This document shows positions 14,101 to 27,183 of a stretch of DNA of 64,000 bases, one piece after another. Source of the DNA: Raillietiella orientalis. Lineage: Eukaryota. Below the pieces are notes generated by a model. That model did not search any database. It was not told the DNA's origin and worked only from the letters and a program-made list of their open reading frames with translations. Position 1 is the first letter of the stretch. Each line of letters opens with the position of its first letter. The DNA is taken from positions 1,426,001 to 1,490,000 of the forward strand of contig JAYWIR010000009.1 in assembly GCA_036172245.1 (NCBI GenBank), given 5' to 3'. The position numbers and the translations under genes are program-made.

Positions 14101-17100
14101 GTATTCTCAGAGAATATTTATAGACGTGTTGTTCGCAGTGGAGAAGATCGCTTAGTACCTCCCCTTGTTATACAGGTTTTGAACTTGCTCTGCTGGACTG
14201 TAATTCTTTTGTAGGCTGAAGATGCTGATGCTTCGCAGCAAGTAATTTTGTACAAAATTCTTACAGGAAACACTCAAGACAAATTATTCAGCTTGAACTC
14301 ATCTTCTGGAGTGCTTACTTTAACAAGACCTGTCAGTTACACAGATACTTCAGTGGGAAAGTATCACTTGGTGGTAGCAGCTGAAGATTCAGGGGAGCCT
14401 CCACTAACAAGCACAGCAGAAGTAGTGATTGCCATTGATGTTGAAAATAATGAAAGACCAGTGTTTCTTAATGAACCTTACATGATTAGCCTTCCAGAAA
14501 ATTCCACACCTGGTACATCTGTCGTGCAAGTTAAGGCTAATGATCCTGATGGATCAGATGATGAACTTACTTATGAGATTGTTAGTGGTGATGAGGATCA
14601 GTTTTCTATTAATCCTCATAATGGTCTCATATTGGTGGCGTCAGAAGCAGATTTGGATATTCAGATTCGAGGGGAAAATTATACATTGATCATAAGAGTC
14701 ACAGATGCTGGATTTCCATTTCATCAAATGAGTTTCACAAAAGTTGAAATACTAATCACTGATGTGAATAATAAGTTTCCATATTTTGAGCATCCTTTCT
14801 ATGCTGTACTAGTAATGGAGTCAACAGAAATCGGAGAAGAAGTGACTTCAGTTAAAGCACATGATTTTGATAAGAATGCAAAATTGCAGTATGGCATTGT
14901 CTCTCCAGTAATCACAAGGAGTATCCATTGGCTTGTTCTTTCTTCAGACGAGCAGTCATCAGATTTCTGGTAAGCTTCTTTCATTTTGATTTTCTTGTTT
15001 TCTTTTTGAAGCTAAATCAAATAGGATTTCAATTTAGTCCACATTTTGCATGGTGATAATGAGCTGACTTTAATGTGATGTTTGCTTTTTAAACATGCAC
15101 ATCTGAATGCTTATTTTTTGCATTCGTTGATGCTTTTAGTAATTGAGTAATTATTTCACACAGCTTGTATGGTCAGTGAGTAAATGTGTCTAAAAAAAAT
15201 TGCATTGTGATCAGTTTTGTCTGAATTTATCCGTTTGAGTGTTTTGTTTGTGCTTTTCTGTATCGAACTGCATCTATTACCTGTCTCGGTTTACACTCCA
15301 TTTCACCTGAATAAGAATAGATTATGAAGCATTTGCATTTTGATTATCCTCTATGTTATCAAATTTCCTGAATTCCATAAATTTTAATCAAAAATTTTGT
15401 TAAAAAGCTGAAGTATCTACTTGAGTGCAGTGGGATTTTCAATCCATCTATAATTGACAGAATGATTTTCTATTCACAGTGGATGGAGAATCATTCTGCT
15501 TATTTATCAAGAAAAATCGTTATTTTTCTTGATAAATAAGCAAGGTGAGAGCCAATAATACAGAAAAAGTCTCTAAATGAAATTTTAAGGACCAAAAATG
15601 GAAATTCTGAGCCCTAGGTAGTACTTGCAACTTATTGATGAAATGAAACTTTTGCTTTGAATTATTAATCAAAAAAACTTTATGCTAAGTACTCAGTAAA
15701 TATAGATAATGATCATAAATTTGGTTTCGATGATGGTTAAAAACTTGGAAAATGCACTTTCATACTTCACCAAGTGCATCTAAATTTTAAATCCATTTTG
15801 TTGAAGTTTAAAAATTTTTAAATTATGAGAAATCCTAATACACTCTTATACGTATCTCAAACTTTTGAATTGTGAGTTTTATGGAGGATGAATTACATTT
15901 GAGAATGTTATGAGAAAATAGTAATGAAGATTGGGTGGTAACTGCGAAAGCATGGAAGATTCCTTGCTAATGTTTTGGGATAGTTTTTTTTACAAACTTT
16001 ATTGAATTGTTTGAAAATATCATGAAGAATGGATACAGCTATTCAAGTTCTTTAACAACCTTGATGATGTTGAAGGTGATCCTACAGTTCAGACTAAAAC
16101 GTATTTGTTATGAAAGTGTGTGTGAATTCTGTGCTGGTAGTGTGAAACCATTGGCATGTTGGAAAGTGAAAGCATATGTTTTCTATCTGTATTGAAAGAA
16201 TCATTTGAAATAACTGGCTGTTTTGCAGGGAAATTCTCAGGATCTTTGATTTTTATTTGCACAAGCAATCTAGTTGCAAAAGAGTTTTCAAGCAAAGGAA
16301 AATATTGTTATATCGCGATAGATCTTGGAATTTTGATTTGTAATTTCTGATATATTCTAAAGTTTGGATTCCATGGATATAGCATATGTGACATTAAAGG
16401 GCTCCAGTTCTCCCCAAACTGGAAGCTTCGTTTGTGCATCAGCAGAAAGTTTTCTGATTGAAATAAAACTGCTTTTGGAGCACTTATATCAAGTCTGACT
16501 TGCGTTAAATTCATATGAAATTTTAATAAATGGGCTTCACATTCCAAAAAGGGTGAGGTTATGAAATTCTAAATGAAAAAACTTTTGCAATCAAGTTGAC
16601 AAAAATTCCAGAGGATCCCAAGCATCACTTTGCCACTGGGAAACTGAGCAATTAAAGAAAAAAGTGGTAGCTAAGATTGCAATTATTGGATCAATTTTTC
16701 ATCGAGATATCAAAAAAGGATTTGAGAAAAGCAGTCAATGTAGTGATTTCTGAAAGCGATGAAAGGCGCTGTCAAAAAATCAGTTTTCTCGATTTTTTAC
16801 TTCGAACAATGTTTTTTTTTATGAAAAAGGAATTAACAGAGGAGAAGTATTCCAAAGTTAGTTTTGATGAAAGGTAGAAAACATAATAGTACAGATTTAG
16901 ACGTATTTCTTAGCCTGTTTCCGGGATTGTAAAGGAACTCGTGTCGAGATGATGATTCCAGCTTTTCCCCATTTTGAAAGTTCTATTGCACTCATCGATC
17001 AGATAATGAGAATGCAGCACATTTTGTACAATTACTGTACTTGGAATCCTCTGTGTAGCGACTTTAAAATTTTTTAATGATTAATTTCCATGTTTACGAT

Positions 17101-20100
17101 CATCTTTTTTCAAACAGTGGCCTGATCTTGGTATGTTTCTGCATGGGACTTGAGAAATAATTCTTAAGGAAAGGATTTTAGTTTTCTCCAGACCTTACAA
17201 TTAGGACAGCACGTAAGGTAATTTGAATAAATTGTGGCCGAACAGCTTAGGACGGTTTCATTCTTTCATTCACAGCATTCGAAAATCTATTATCATAATG
17301 CGAATGGTCTGCCCTTGACACGATGAGGTTCCCTCCTTTTGAACAGAGTATTTTGATTGGTACCAAAAGTACCATGGGGTTTTCATATACGTTAGGGTTT
17401 TTCATTGAGGTTCATAAAAAAAAAAAAAAAAAAGTACAGCGATACAGAAAGAGATAAATGATAAATTGAAGTTGATGCGATCATCATCATCTTTATTATC
17501 AGAAAATGCTTGGAATTGTGATATGCTTTGTCAACAGTCATCACAGATTGAAAGCCAGCGTTTTTTGTATCGCAACTGATACTGTAGGCATCGTAAGAAA
17601 TGTAAAACATTTTTGTAATTCGGTCATCAATTTGGTTAAGCATACTCCGGATCTTTTATTATTGCCTTTACTTGAAAGTAATAAAAAAACTTTCCAGCAT
17701 AAATCCTGAAACTGGATTGATTACAGTTTGTGGGCTGCTGCATCGAGGAAAAGTTGCCGTCTATGAATTAAATATTGAAGCCATCGATGTTAATGGAGAC
17801 ATTTCAACTCGTCCTCAAGTTGCTTTTAGTAAGTTAGTCATCAAATAGCTTCCCCTTTTAATGTTCTCCACAGCAAAATTGTTGATTACCGTAACTGTTC
17901 AGCCAGAAAATTTGCCTATATTTGCATTGCCATGGTCTCCTTCTAGTCCAGTTTTGAATGTTTCCATTAAAGAGGACTTGCCCGTAGGGCATAAAGTGAT
18001 TAAATTAACTGCTGTAGAATCAGTCTCTCAGCAAGCCATACATTGGTTTGAGAAACTGACTGCTTCAGATCCACGTAACATGTTTATTGTAAATCAGATC
18101 ACAGGAGATGTAGTGTTAAACCAACAGTTGGACTTTGAGAAGCAGGATGAGCCAGTAGGAATACGCTTTCTCTTATAGTTTCGTGCACTTTGTCTGCTTG
18201 ACAGTTGTCCATAGTTGTAAAAGCTATGTCCAGTGGATTGTCAAGTTCAGCAACCATCAGCATTCATTTAACAGATGTCAATGATAATGCACCAGTATTT
18301 GAGCATCAGGTAGGATGGATACTGTTGCTATGTTTGTAGTTCTTGGCAGGAATACTCTGTTGAAGTGGATGAATCGTGGAATCAGCCTGATGTGTTCTTC
18401 ACAGCCAATGCCACTGATAAAGATAAGTCACGAGAATACAGATCCATCCAATTCTCTTTAATTGGAGAAGACAGTGATATGTTTATAATAAATTCAAAAA
18501 GTGGTGATATTCAGCTAGCTCCAGGTGCTCATTTTGATAGAGAAATACGCAGCAATTACAGTCTGTTGCTTGTTGCATCTGATTGCCCATATGAGCCATG
18601 GTCACGGCTTTCTTCGACAGCACAGGTAAAAAATGCTGGCAAACTTTTCATCTTTCATCATTTTCATCTTTCCAAAGCTCTTGGTGATAGTCAGAGATGA
18701 TAATGATAATTTTCCGATTTTCTCTCAAACACACTATGTGGCTGTTACACCTGAATCAGCTTCAGTTGGCACCTTAGTGATTCAAGTGCATGCTTACGAT
18801 GCTGATGAAGGTGCAAATGGACAACTAGAATATAGCTGGAGTGGGCCCATGGCTTTGCTGGGTATGAAGATTATCGTTTCTAATGTTATTCTGATACCAA
18901 AACAGACTTGTTGATGATGGATATGCAGAGTGGTATGTTGAAAGTGATCAAGTCTTTGTCTGGAAGAGGTCGCCAACAGCCTTATGTCCTCACAGTTACT
19001 GCTACAGATTTGGGCTGGCCTTTTCATTCCAGTGAAGTTCAGCTGATGCTTTACATTTCCGATTTGTTACTCAATGATGGGAAGCCTATTATTGAGAAGC
19101 CTGCCCAAGGGACCATTGCGATGATTACAGAGGTCAGTGTTAGATATTGGTTTCATTGGTTACCTCTTGCAGAATGTCCAAGCAGGGACACATGTCATGC
19201 AAGTAATTGCTTCTGACCCTGATGATCCCCAAACTCAAGAGGGTCACATCACTTACAGTTTGATTGGTGACTTAAATGCAACTGCGAATTTCGTTTTGGA
19301 TCCAGCAACAGGCTGGATTAGCACTAAAGGCCCTTTGGATCGTGAAGCTCAGAATAGTTATGAAGTGACACTGGTTGTCTCAGATCAAGGCAATCCTCCC
19401 CAGTTCAGCACCAGGAGCTTACAGATCTTTGTTGAGGATATTGATGATAATAAGCCTATGTTCTTATCTACTATAATACAAAACCCACCGGTTTTCTTTA
19501 TCAGGGAAGCAAATGCCATTGGGCAGATAGTGGGGGAGTTAAGTGCACATGATCCTGATGCACCTGAGAATGCTCAGATTGATTTTGCTATTACAGGTGA
19601 GTTCTGTTATTGAAAGTGCAATGTAGTTCTTATGGAAAGGAGGCGAATGCGGGTTACATGATTGTGTCTTCAGATGGTAATGGAACAAAATTCTTTGATG
19701 TGAACCGCACAGTGGATAGTCGAGCTGTGCTATATGCTATTACCAGCTTAGATAAAGAAATAGGAGATAGCTATCAACTTCATGTTGTCTGCTTTCCCTT
19801 GGGAATGAAGACGGCAGCCTTTGATTTTCCTCCACACAGTAAAACTGTTGTTACGGTTCATGTTATTGATATTGATGATAATGAGTTGCAGTTCGTTCAT
19901 GGGAGCCTAGATTTGGGTAAAATTGCATAATGTCGATATCATAGATGACTCTGTCGATCGTTAGCTGTATACTCCGGCACCCCAGTGGGCACCATAATTG
20001 GACAGGTGCAGACTGCAGACCATGATGTTGATGCTTTGTCACCTTCCTTTGAATTAGTAAAACAGACATTGACAGGTAGTGAGAGGCAGACAGGTCCCTT

Positions 20101-20791
20101 CTCTCTTGATGAAAAATCTGGCCATATTCTGGTGCATCATCATTTGAATGATCATGGTGCCACAACATGGGAATTGCATATAGCCGCAAGTAATTCTCCC
20201 GAAAACACTTACAAAATCCAGACCATTGCTAAGGTACAAAAAAACTTCTATTCAAAAAAAAAAAAAAAAGAAGTGTTTTTCAATTTCTTCCAGATTCATG
20301 TGATTCAGGAAAGAAATTTAGTTAAATTCAAACATTCGGCATCCGCAGCAGATCTTAATTCTAGTTTTTTTCAAGAAGTGCAAGATAGTTTGCCAAATCC
20401 TTCAGCACACTTAATGAGAATCGACGGAAAATCCCAAGACTCGAGTAACGGTTCGTGTGTGCAAGTAGTCTGGGGGAATGGTAGTCAGGCAGACCTTACG
20501 ACCTCGTTGGATCTCTTGAGTAGCAGGGGGTCTCGACAGCTCTCAAAGATCTACGAGAGATATGGTATTGAAGAAGTGCAACGCTGTTGGGATAAGTCCA
20601 CAAACATGCAGGACACGTGGATAGAGATTAGTTATGTATCAGTCGGGACATTACTTGGCCTAATTGCTGTCTGCGCCGCGTGCACGATGTATTGCTGCTC
20701 TCGAAAATTACGCGACAAAGCAGAAAAGTATCCGTATATGTGGAAGCTGCCGACGGACACCATCTCAACCCATGGCTACCGGTCCATGTGA
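11154..20791 (+). CDS. Non-classical cadherin, ~14 extracellular cadherin repeats + single TM helix + short tail (Cad88C / cadherin-23-like), ~1,740 aa; 5' end uncertain
   Basis: Hand-spliced exons, all GT..AG and frame-consistent: 11154(or acceptor 11231)-11472, 11878-12098, 12693-12956, 13006-13230, 13275-13404, 13465-13771, 13812-14175, 14215-14969, 17698-17828, 17874-18154, 18205-18309, 18350-18625, 18678-18861, 18906-19132, 19173-19596, 19674-19916, 19965-20233, 20294-20791. Repeated Ca-binding motifs (PE, LDRE/LDFE, DxD, DVNDNAP, DINDVAP, DDNDNFP, DIDDNKP). TM segment ISYVSVGTLLGLIAVCAACTMYCC followed by RKLR. Cadherin family is certain; the subfamily is inferred from repeat count and the EC1 motif EPNKVSLKREIQILDVNDN. 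No clear signal-peptide exon. Confidence 0.93.
15497..15542. repeat. Perfect inverted repeat, 21-bp arms, 4-nt loop (cadherin intron 8)
   Basis: tgcttatttatcaagaaaaat-cgtt-atttttcttgataaataagca. Confidence 0.95.
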
Positions 20792-20923
20792 CCCAACGTG
20801 TGTAGACCAAGGCAGGTCGTGAACGTCCATCCGCCGAAGCGTCGCAGTTTTTGGCTCTTCCCCCCCCCCCTCCTCTCGATTTCGAAATCTTCCATTGTTT
20901 TTTTCCCAAAACGAGAGAATATA

Positions 20924-21783
20924 TTTATTTTAAGAAATGGTACACATGTATTTCTCTCCCGTTGATGTCTCGAAAACCAAGGTAGTAAAAAAGATCTCGT
21001 AATAAGTACACATATGCGTGCTTCGGGGTCCGATTCTTCCGTGAATACGTTGTGGCAGTGATGGCCTTCGTCGGCATGCCCTCTGCTGCATAGCTGAGTA
21101 AAATGCTCGAATGAAGCGGCCATTGTCATTGGAATGTCGGCTTAGAACGTTCAAGGAAAAATCGTCATTAGCCATCGTCATTAGCTCGCTGATCCAAATG
21201 ATGTTTTCGAACGTGAGCGTGCATGCTGCTGCTCCACCGATCTTGATGCTGCTCTCAACCATCCCTATCGCTTCAGCATGCCCTGCTGAATTGGAAGCTC
21301 ACCGTATTTCACACAGTGGACAGCATCTGCATCCGGACCGCACCTTTTTCGAGATCCCTTGTTCTTCGAAATGAGCAACCACTTGGAAAAGTGCACGTAA
21401 GGATCCACGCACGTCCGCTCGTCGTCGCAGGTCATTCAGCATGAAGAACCCACTTCAGATCCTGCTCTGTGTTTTTGTCCATCCCAGGGATGGCAAGTTT
21501 ACGTGGAATTATCATCATCGTGTCGACGATGACGGAAAAGGCTACGGGCATTGTGCTTTTTGTGCCTTGCCGCGCTGCTGCTTGTTGCTCGGGGGGCTTT
21601 CGTGCTGAAGATCCTTGCGGCTCTCATCATCGAACAGGCACGCCGAATTTCTCACACCATTCGGTTAGGTCTTCAGTACTCGGAACTATTTCCGAACCGG
21701 AAGGCCGCCGCCACCATTTTCTCTGCTGCAGCATCCTGTTCTAAGTGCGCAATTTAGCAGTTACCCAGCATCTCCAGTACCAT
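20924..21783 (-). CDS. Possible small intron-containing gene of unknown function, convergent with the cadherin
   Basis: tttcag acceptor followed by aaaATG at 21783. A 38-nt gtgag..atag intron would join ...DADAVHCVKY-G to the ORF 21262-20930. The TAA stop is immediately followed by AATAAA (20929-20924). Middle exons could not be resolved and no homology was recognised. Confidence 0.25.
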
Positions 21784-23503
21784 TTTCGTGTCGCCGATGG
21801 CTGAAAGTGAATTGCTCAACCGTACGGTTTGTTAAGCTAAAACTGGTTTGCTCTTTGCCAAATCAGTGCTTTGGCATCAAGGCTGACAGCCGAGGTCAAT
21901 CGTGCACACGGGCGATGCAAAAGATGTTTCAGGAGGAGGTGCGAAATGCAGCAGAGTTCCGGACAGAGCTTTACCTCGGAGAATAATGGATTCCGGTTTC
22001 TTTATTGGACTGGGGGGGGGGGGGAGGGGAAGGAAGAAAGGCAAGCAAGCATGGTTTTTGGCTTTGGACACCCATCCCTTGGTGCGAAGGCCCAGGCTAT
22101 CTAAAGAGGTGTTAAGAATGTATGCTATTTGCACGTGGTCACACATCCGATCCCAAGGTCCGAGTCGGCAGCAAGAGGTCCCCATTCTGCGAACCCCCCC
22201 ATTGTCATCTGCGCGCTCGGACGTGGGAATTCAATAAGAAACAGTGTGCTTTGTGTAAATCGGAACGACCGCGGAAGAAACCTGGAATGTTCCAGCCCAA
22301 AATTACACTCTCCCTCTAAAACACGAGCTGCACATCCGCCCCGCGCAGCACCCTTCCTTGCCTCCTCCCCGACGACAACGAAAATGGAAAGAGCACGCGC
22401 GCTATTTTGTGCCGAGATGGGTCGTTTACTTTGAAATTATAGGCGCATTGATGAGTTTCCATAATTTCCAAGCTCGACTGACTGCTTCTCTCGCACATAA
22501 TTACAAATCCCATCTGTCCCTTTTTCCTTTTGACTTCTTTTCTTTCTCTAATTAGTTTCCGATCTCAAATCTCAGGCGAGAACGTGTAAGAGCAGCAGCA
22601 ATCTTCGGTTCCAATGCTAGAAGAGCACATTAGAATAACATATGGAACGTCGTTGTGCGTTCGAAACGCGAAAAGGCCTCCTCGTTTCCTCCAAGAAATC
22701 GTTGGAACTCTCTCAATTCGCGGAGCGGCGCACATTCTCTGCCATCGGCACTTTGTTTCCCATCCCTCCACTCACTGCCTTCCATCCACATCACCGATTA
22801 ACTTCTAACCTCCCCTTGCTTATTTCCTGAAAAACTTCCAGCGTGAAACCAGATAATGAAAAATACATTCACTGAGAAAACAGATTTCCTAACTTCAAAC
22901 GTATAACTCCTTCTCTTTTTTCTTTTTTTTTTTTTGTCTACCCTGACAAGGCTTCCCCTTAACACTTGAGTCCTGGCGATAAACTCTTTGCATTTGAGAT
23001 TCCAGTTGCCGTTTCGCGATGGCAACACTGCTGCTCCTTCTTTCTCCTGCATCCGACTTTCGTTTTTGTTTTGTGCGTGCGAGTGCTTATGTGTGTGTCT
23101 TTTTTTTTTTTTTTTTTTTTTTTTTCCCCTTTGCCATCTCTCCTCTCTGTGTGTCCTTAATGCCTTCTGACTTTGTCCGAACTCCTCGAATATTGCTTCC
23201 GTTGCGCTTTTCTATCAGACGATGCTCTCCACAGCAGCACATCGCGTTTGGTTGCCCCGCTGCTCCAGGTTTGGGGAGTGCAGCTTCTTGGAACGCAGGT
23301 GATTCGCAAAACTGCACTTCTTCGGATTCCGGTGCCACAACGAAACTTGGCGATGCTACCTTGTTCCCTATTCAAACAGGGAATCGTATGGCGCAGTGCA
23401 TCGTACACCGGGTTCCATACAGACACTGTTGTATCTGCAAAGTTCAATGACCTCTTCCAATTTTCGCTTATTCTCTTGCCCTTTACAGAAAGGTGAAGTT
23501 GCT

Positions 23504-23507
<4 letters not shown>

Positions 23508-23578
<71 letters not shown>
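23508..23578. repeat. (CT)n microsatellite, ~35 units
   Basis: Uninterrupted tctc run. Confidence 0.97.
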
Positions 23579-23581
<3 letters not shown>

Positions 23582-26500
23582 TTCAAAACATACGGAGAAT
23601 TCTGGGAATTCAAGGGCACAAAGTTTACCCAGCATCCGAATGGATTCATGATGCTTTTTTGCATGCTTCACTTGAAATGGTCAGGTATTCCGATTGATTC
23701 TTCATTTCTTTTTACTGCAATCTAGTAATTCCCTCCCTCCCTCCCCCCCCCCACACTTCTCGGAGCGTTTTTTGTTTGAAGGGGGAGGAGGGGGGAAGGG
23801 TGTCGTAAACTGAAAATTTAAATGGCTTCTTCATGTTCTCACATCTAGTGGTTTTTTCGTGTATAACACTTGACAGCTAAATTTAGACGAAGAAACCCTC
23901 GGCAATTGCAAGAGCAATCATGCAAGAAACGGAAGAGCGAAATTTTTTCGATCTTCAAGAATTCGAGCGTACTGAATTCCAGCTCTCCGTCTGTGCCCTC
24001 AGCATCGTCTTCAATACGCAGCCTCCTCATGCAAATACAGTTACAGCTCAGAGCATCAGCTGCAATCAAATGTGATTTCGGTTTAATGCCCACCGAATTA
24101 CCAAACCGCTATTTTATTGACAAGCGTTTGTGGAGTCTGGAACTTGGCACCACGATTACGCCGCTAACATGGCTCCAAGGAATCCGCCGGATCCTCAACG
24201 TGCTGCCTCGTTCCTCTCTGATCGTATGCAAATAACACTCCCAAACGAGCGGGCTTAACAAGGGACTCGCAGACGCTGCCTCTGGAAAATAATAAATTCT
24301 GCAGTCTTGAATCCGGCATTGAAAATTGTACGACCTAAATCTCCGAAGACAAGTAGGAGATGCACGTAACGGAACCGAACGCGCCTCGCATTGCAGGGGT
24401 GCCAACACCGCACGAGGCTTTTCGAGTCGACGACGCGCGCCGACCGTCCGGGCTGACGCGAGGTGGACACAAAGCGATCCAGTGTTCCGGAGAGACCAAC
24501 AACAACCTATCGTGGTGTGTTCCTGCTCTTTGCCTTGAAGCAGAAGAAGAGTCTTGCACGTGGAATTTACCTATGGTCGGGAAGGGGGGGGGGAGGGGAA
24601 AAAAGAAAAAAAAAAGGAAAAATACACTCACAAAGAAAGAAAAAAAAAAAAAAACTAGACGATCGTAAAAAATGCCAAAAGGTAATTTGGGCAATTGAGC
24701 TCTCAGGTTTGTGATCCTGAGGGGAGATTTATCTGACATCTTGCCTGTCTCATTTCTTGGAAACGAATGGTGCTCCCTCGCGAAGCCATCGGCAGCTGGC
24801 AAACATCAGAAAGGCTACCGTCATCAAAGTGCGACACTGGAATAATGGAACACCGTGGGTAAACACCGCTCCTGCTGGTAAAACACTCGTGTTCTGCAGA
24901 ACCACTGGGGGGGAGGGGGACGCGAAGGGCTGGGGTCGTTCCGGTTTCCCTGCTCAAATGCGTCCACCCCCTAAGTGACCGCGCGGCGATCACACGAGAC
25001 GGCTTCCCGTCCCGAGTGTCTCCCGAAACCCTCGAGGGAAACGTGCAATCTGTGGCTTCCAGGACCTGGTGGTTCGCTTGGAAAATCGTCACTGGCGCAA
25101 CGCTCCTAAGATTCTCCAGAGAGCATCGTGAAGGCATTCACTCAGATAGCTCGCATGGCGCCGGGATGAAATGCGAGCTGCAGCAGCAGAGTGGGAGAGC
25201 TCGCCCAGAAAGAAATGGGCCGCATCCTGCAAAGATTTAATTAGCCGAGGGCGGACGGACCACCGCTTGTCAGGAGCCACAACGAAAAGCAGACGCGACC
25301 AGCCGAGGAGGGAGACGAATCTGAAACAGAACCAGGAGCGGGGGAATCCTGAAAGATGGCAAGGGACGGGTGGGCGGGGAGGTCACTGCAGGCCCAGCAG
25401 TTGGTGTCTGTCGGCTCACCAGCCGGTCCGTCGCCGGAGGAGAGACTTCAGCGGGCTGCGATTCCTTCGGGAGAGGGCACTCCGGGATGGCGCGGAGCAA
25501 CGAGGCGCCTCGGTGCCGATGCCAAGGGAGGACCTTCCGGTGCGCCTCGCGAGACAAATGGTGTGAAAGAGACTGCCGGGAACATCACACGGCTGCCGGC
25601 GACGGGGAGCAGATCTTCCACGCTGCCGACGAACAGCTTTCGTCGATTACGCAAAGGATAGCGACGAGCTACGGAGGTTTTTCTTCCGGAGCCATTTTTT
25701 TTCCTCCCTACAGGTGCGGGAGATGGGAGTTCCAGAAAAAGACGAAGAACCGATAGATCGTCCCTTCCCCCCCCCCCCCTCTCCCCCCAATTACCTTTGC
25801 GGGAGACGAGCGGTGGTCGAGAAACGTTTCTCGGAATAGCACTGTCCCCGGGCTTCGAGGCGGGAGCGGCCGAAACGTCATCCCTGGTGCCCGATTGACT
25901 TGGGGGGGTGGGTGGGTGGATGGGTGTCTCCCGAACCCTTCCCGAGAGAGCCCCGCTCCGAGAGGCTTCCCGTCCCGTTGCTGCGGGTGGAGAGGCTGCC
26001 TGAAATCCCCAGAGGTGGAAGCAGCAGCAGGCGCAGCCTCTTCATCAAGGATGAGCGTTTCTTCCCGTCGCCGTGGATGCGAACACGTGCGCATATTCCA
26101 TGCACATCCGCCGCCTCGCGGGCGCCTGCGTTTCCGACGCGTGCGCCACGAGCAACTGCGTGTTTGTGCAACCGCAATGGATGTGTGTACGCAAACACGC
26201 GAGAAGGCGTGGGCACACGCGATCGAGAAAGCAACGCCCGAAGACGGTTGCCGATGATGATGGTAGCTATCCGTGCGAGGGGCCTCCCTTTTGTCTCCCT
26301 TTCTTTCCTTTCCTTCTTCTTCCCCCCTTTTTCTTTCCCCCCCCCCCCCGCCCTTCCCTGGAGCCAAGGAAATTCCCCATCGGATGGATGCGAGAGCGCC
26401 ATGGCCAGGAGCGCCTCTTCGCACGAGGTTGCCAAAGTCAGGTCCGGAAGAAACGCGGCAGCGAGATTAAACCGCTTCCGCAAAGGATCGCACCGGAACG

Positions 26501-27177
26501 CGGGTGAGCGGCGGCAACGGACGAGGGTAATTGCAGGAGCCGGACGGGTCGAGCCCGCGCGATCCCCCGGGAGCAGGTCGGCGGAGGAGGAGGCCGCCCG
26601 AGGACCGGATTCCTCGAGAAGACGCATCCTCGGGCAGGCGGGCGGGGGAACTGCTCTAGCAGGTCGCGCCGGGGTATACCCGAGGGGGCCTTCGCGCGTT
26701 GAAGACGATTGAGGGGAAGGAAAGGAGCTGCTGGAAGAGTTCAGCGTCCGTCCTGCGCGTAGGGAAAGGTCGGAGGCGCGCGCCAGTGGGCGGCGGATGC
26801 TTCCACCGGCGCAGCGAGAGAACAGAGTGGCCTGCTGCTGCTTGCCGCTTATGCCCCCCCCCCCCAGAGATGCACACTTGCCGGCAGCGATCAACCTCCG
26901 GCAAAGCAAGAAGTACGCGTGACTCATCTCGAGGTCGCACCTTTTCGTGCCAGAAGACGCTCCGGAGAGGCGGTGGCGGAAAGAGGAGGAGGGGGCTCCA
27001 CGCAAGGCTGCTTCCCTCCTCCTCCTCTTCCATCCCGACGGCCCCTCTGCAGGCGAAGAAAGAACGGTCGCGTTGGCACCCCGAAGGGCGACACACCGCG
27101 AGGGAAAGGGGGCGGGGGGGCGAGGACAGGAGGATGGGGCCAACGAAGAGGCTGCAAGGTGATCAAATAAATCTCTT

Positions 27178-27183
27178 TTTATT
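27178..27183 (-). terminator. Putative polyadenylation signal of the TCF gene
   Basis: AATAAA on the minus strand ~430 nt after the stop codon, in a short AT-rich patch. Confidence 0.5.

Noticed and set aside
15807..15822. 16-bp palindrome tttaaaaatttttaaa
   Set aside because: AT-only low-complexity sequence in an AT-rich intron; expected by chance
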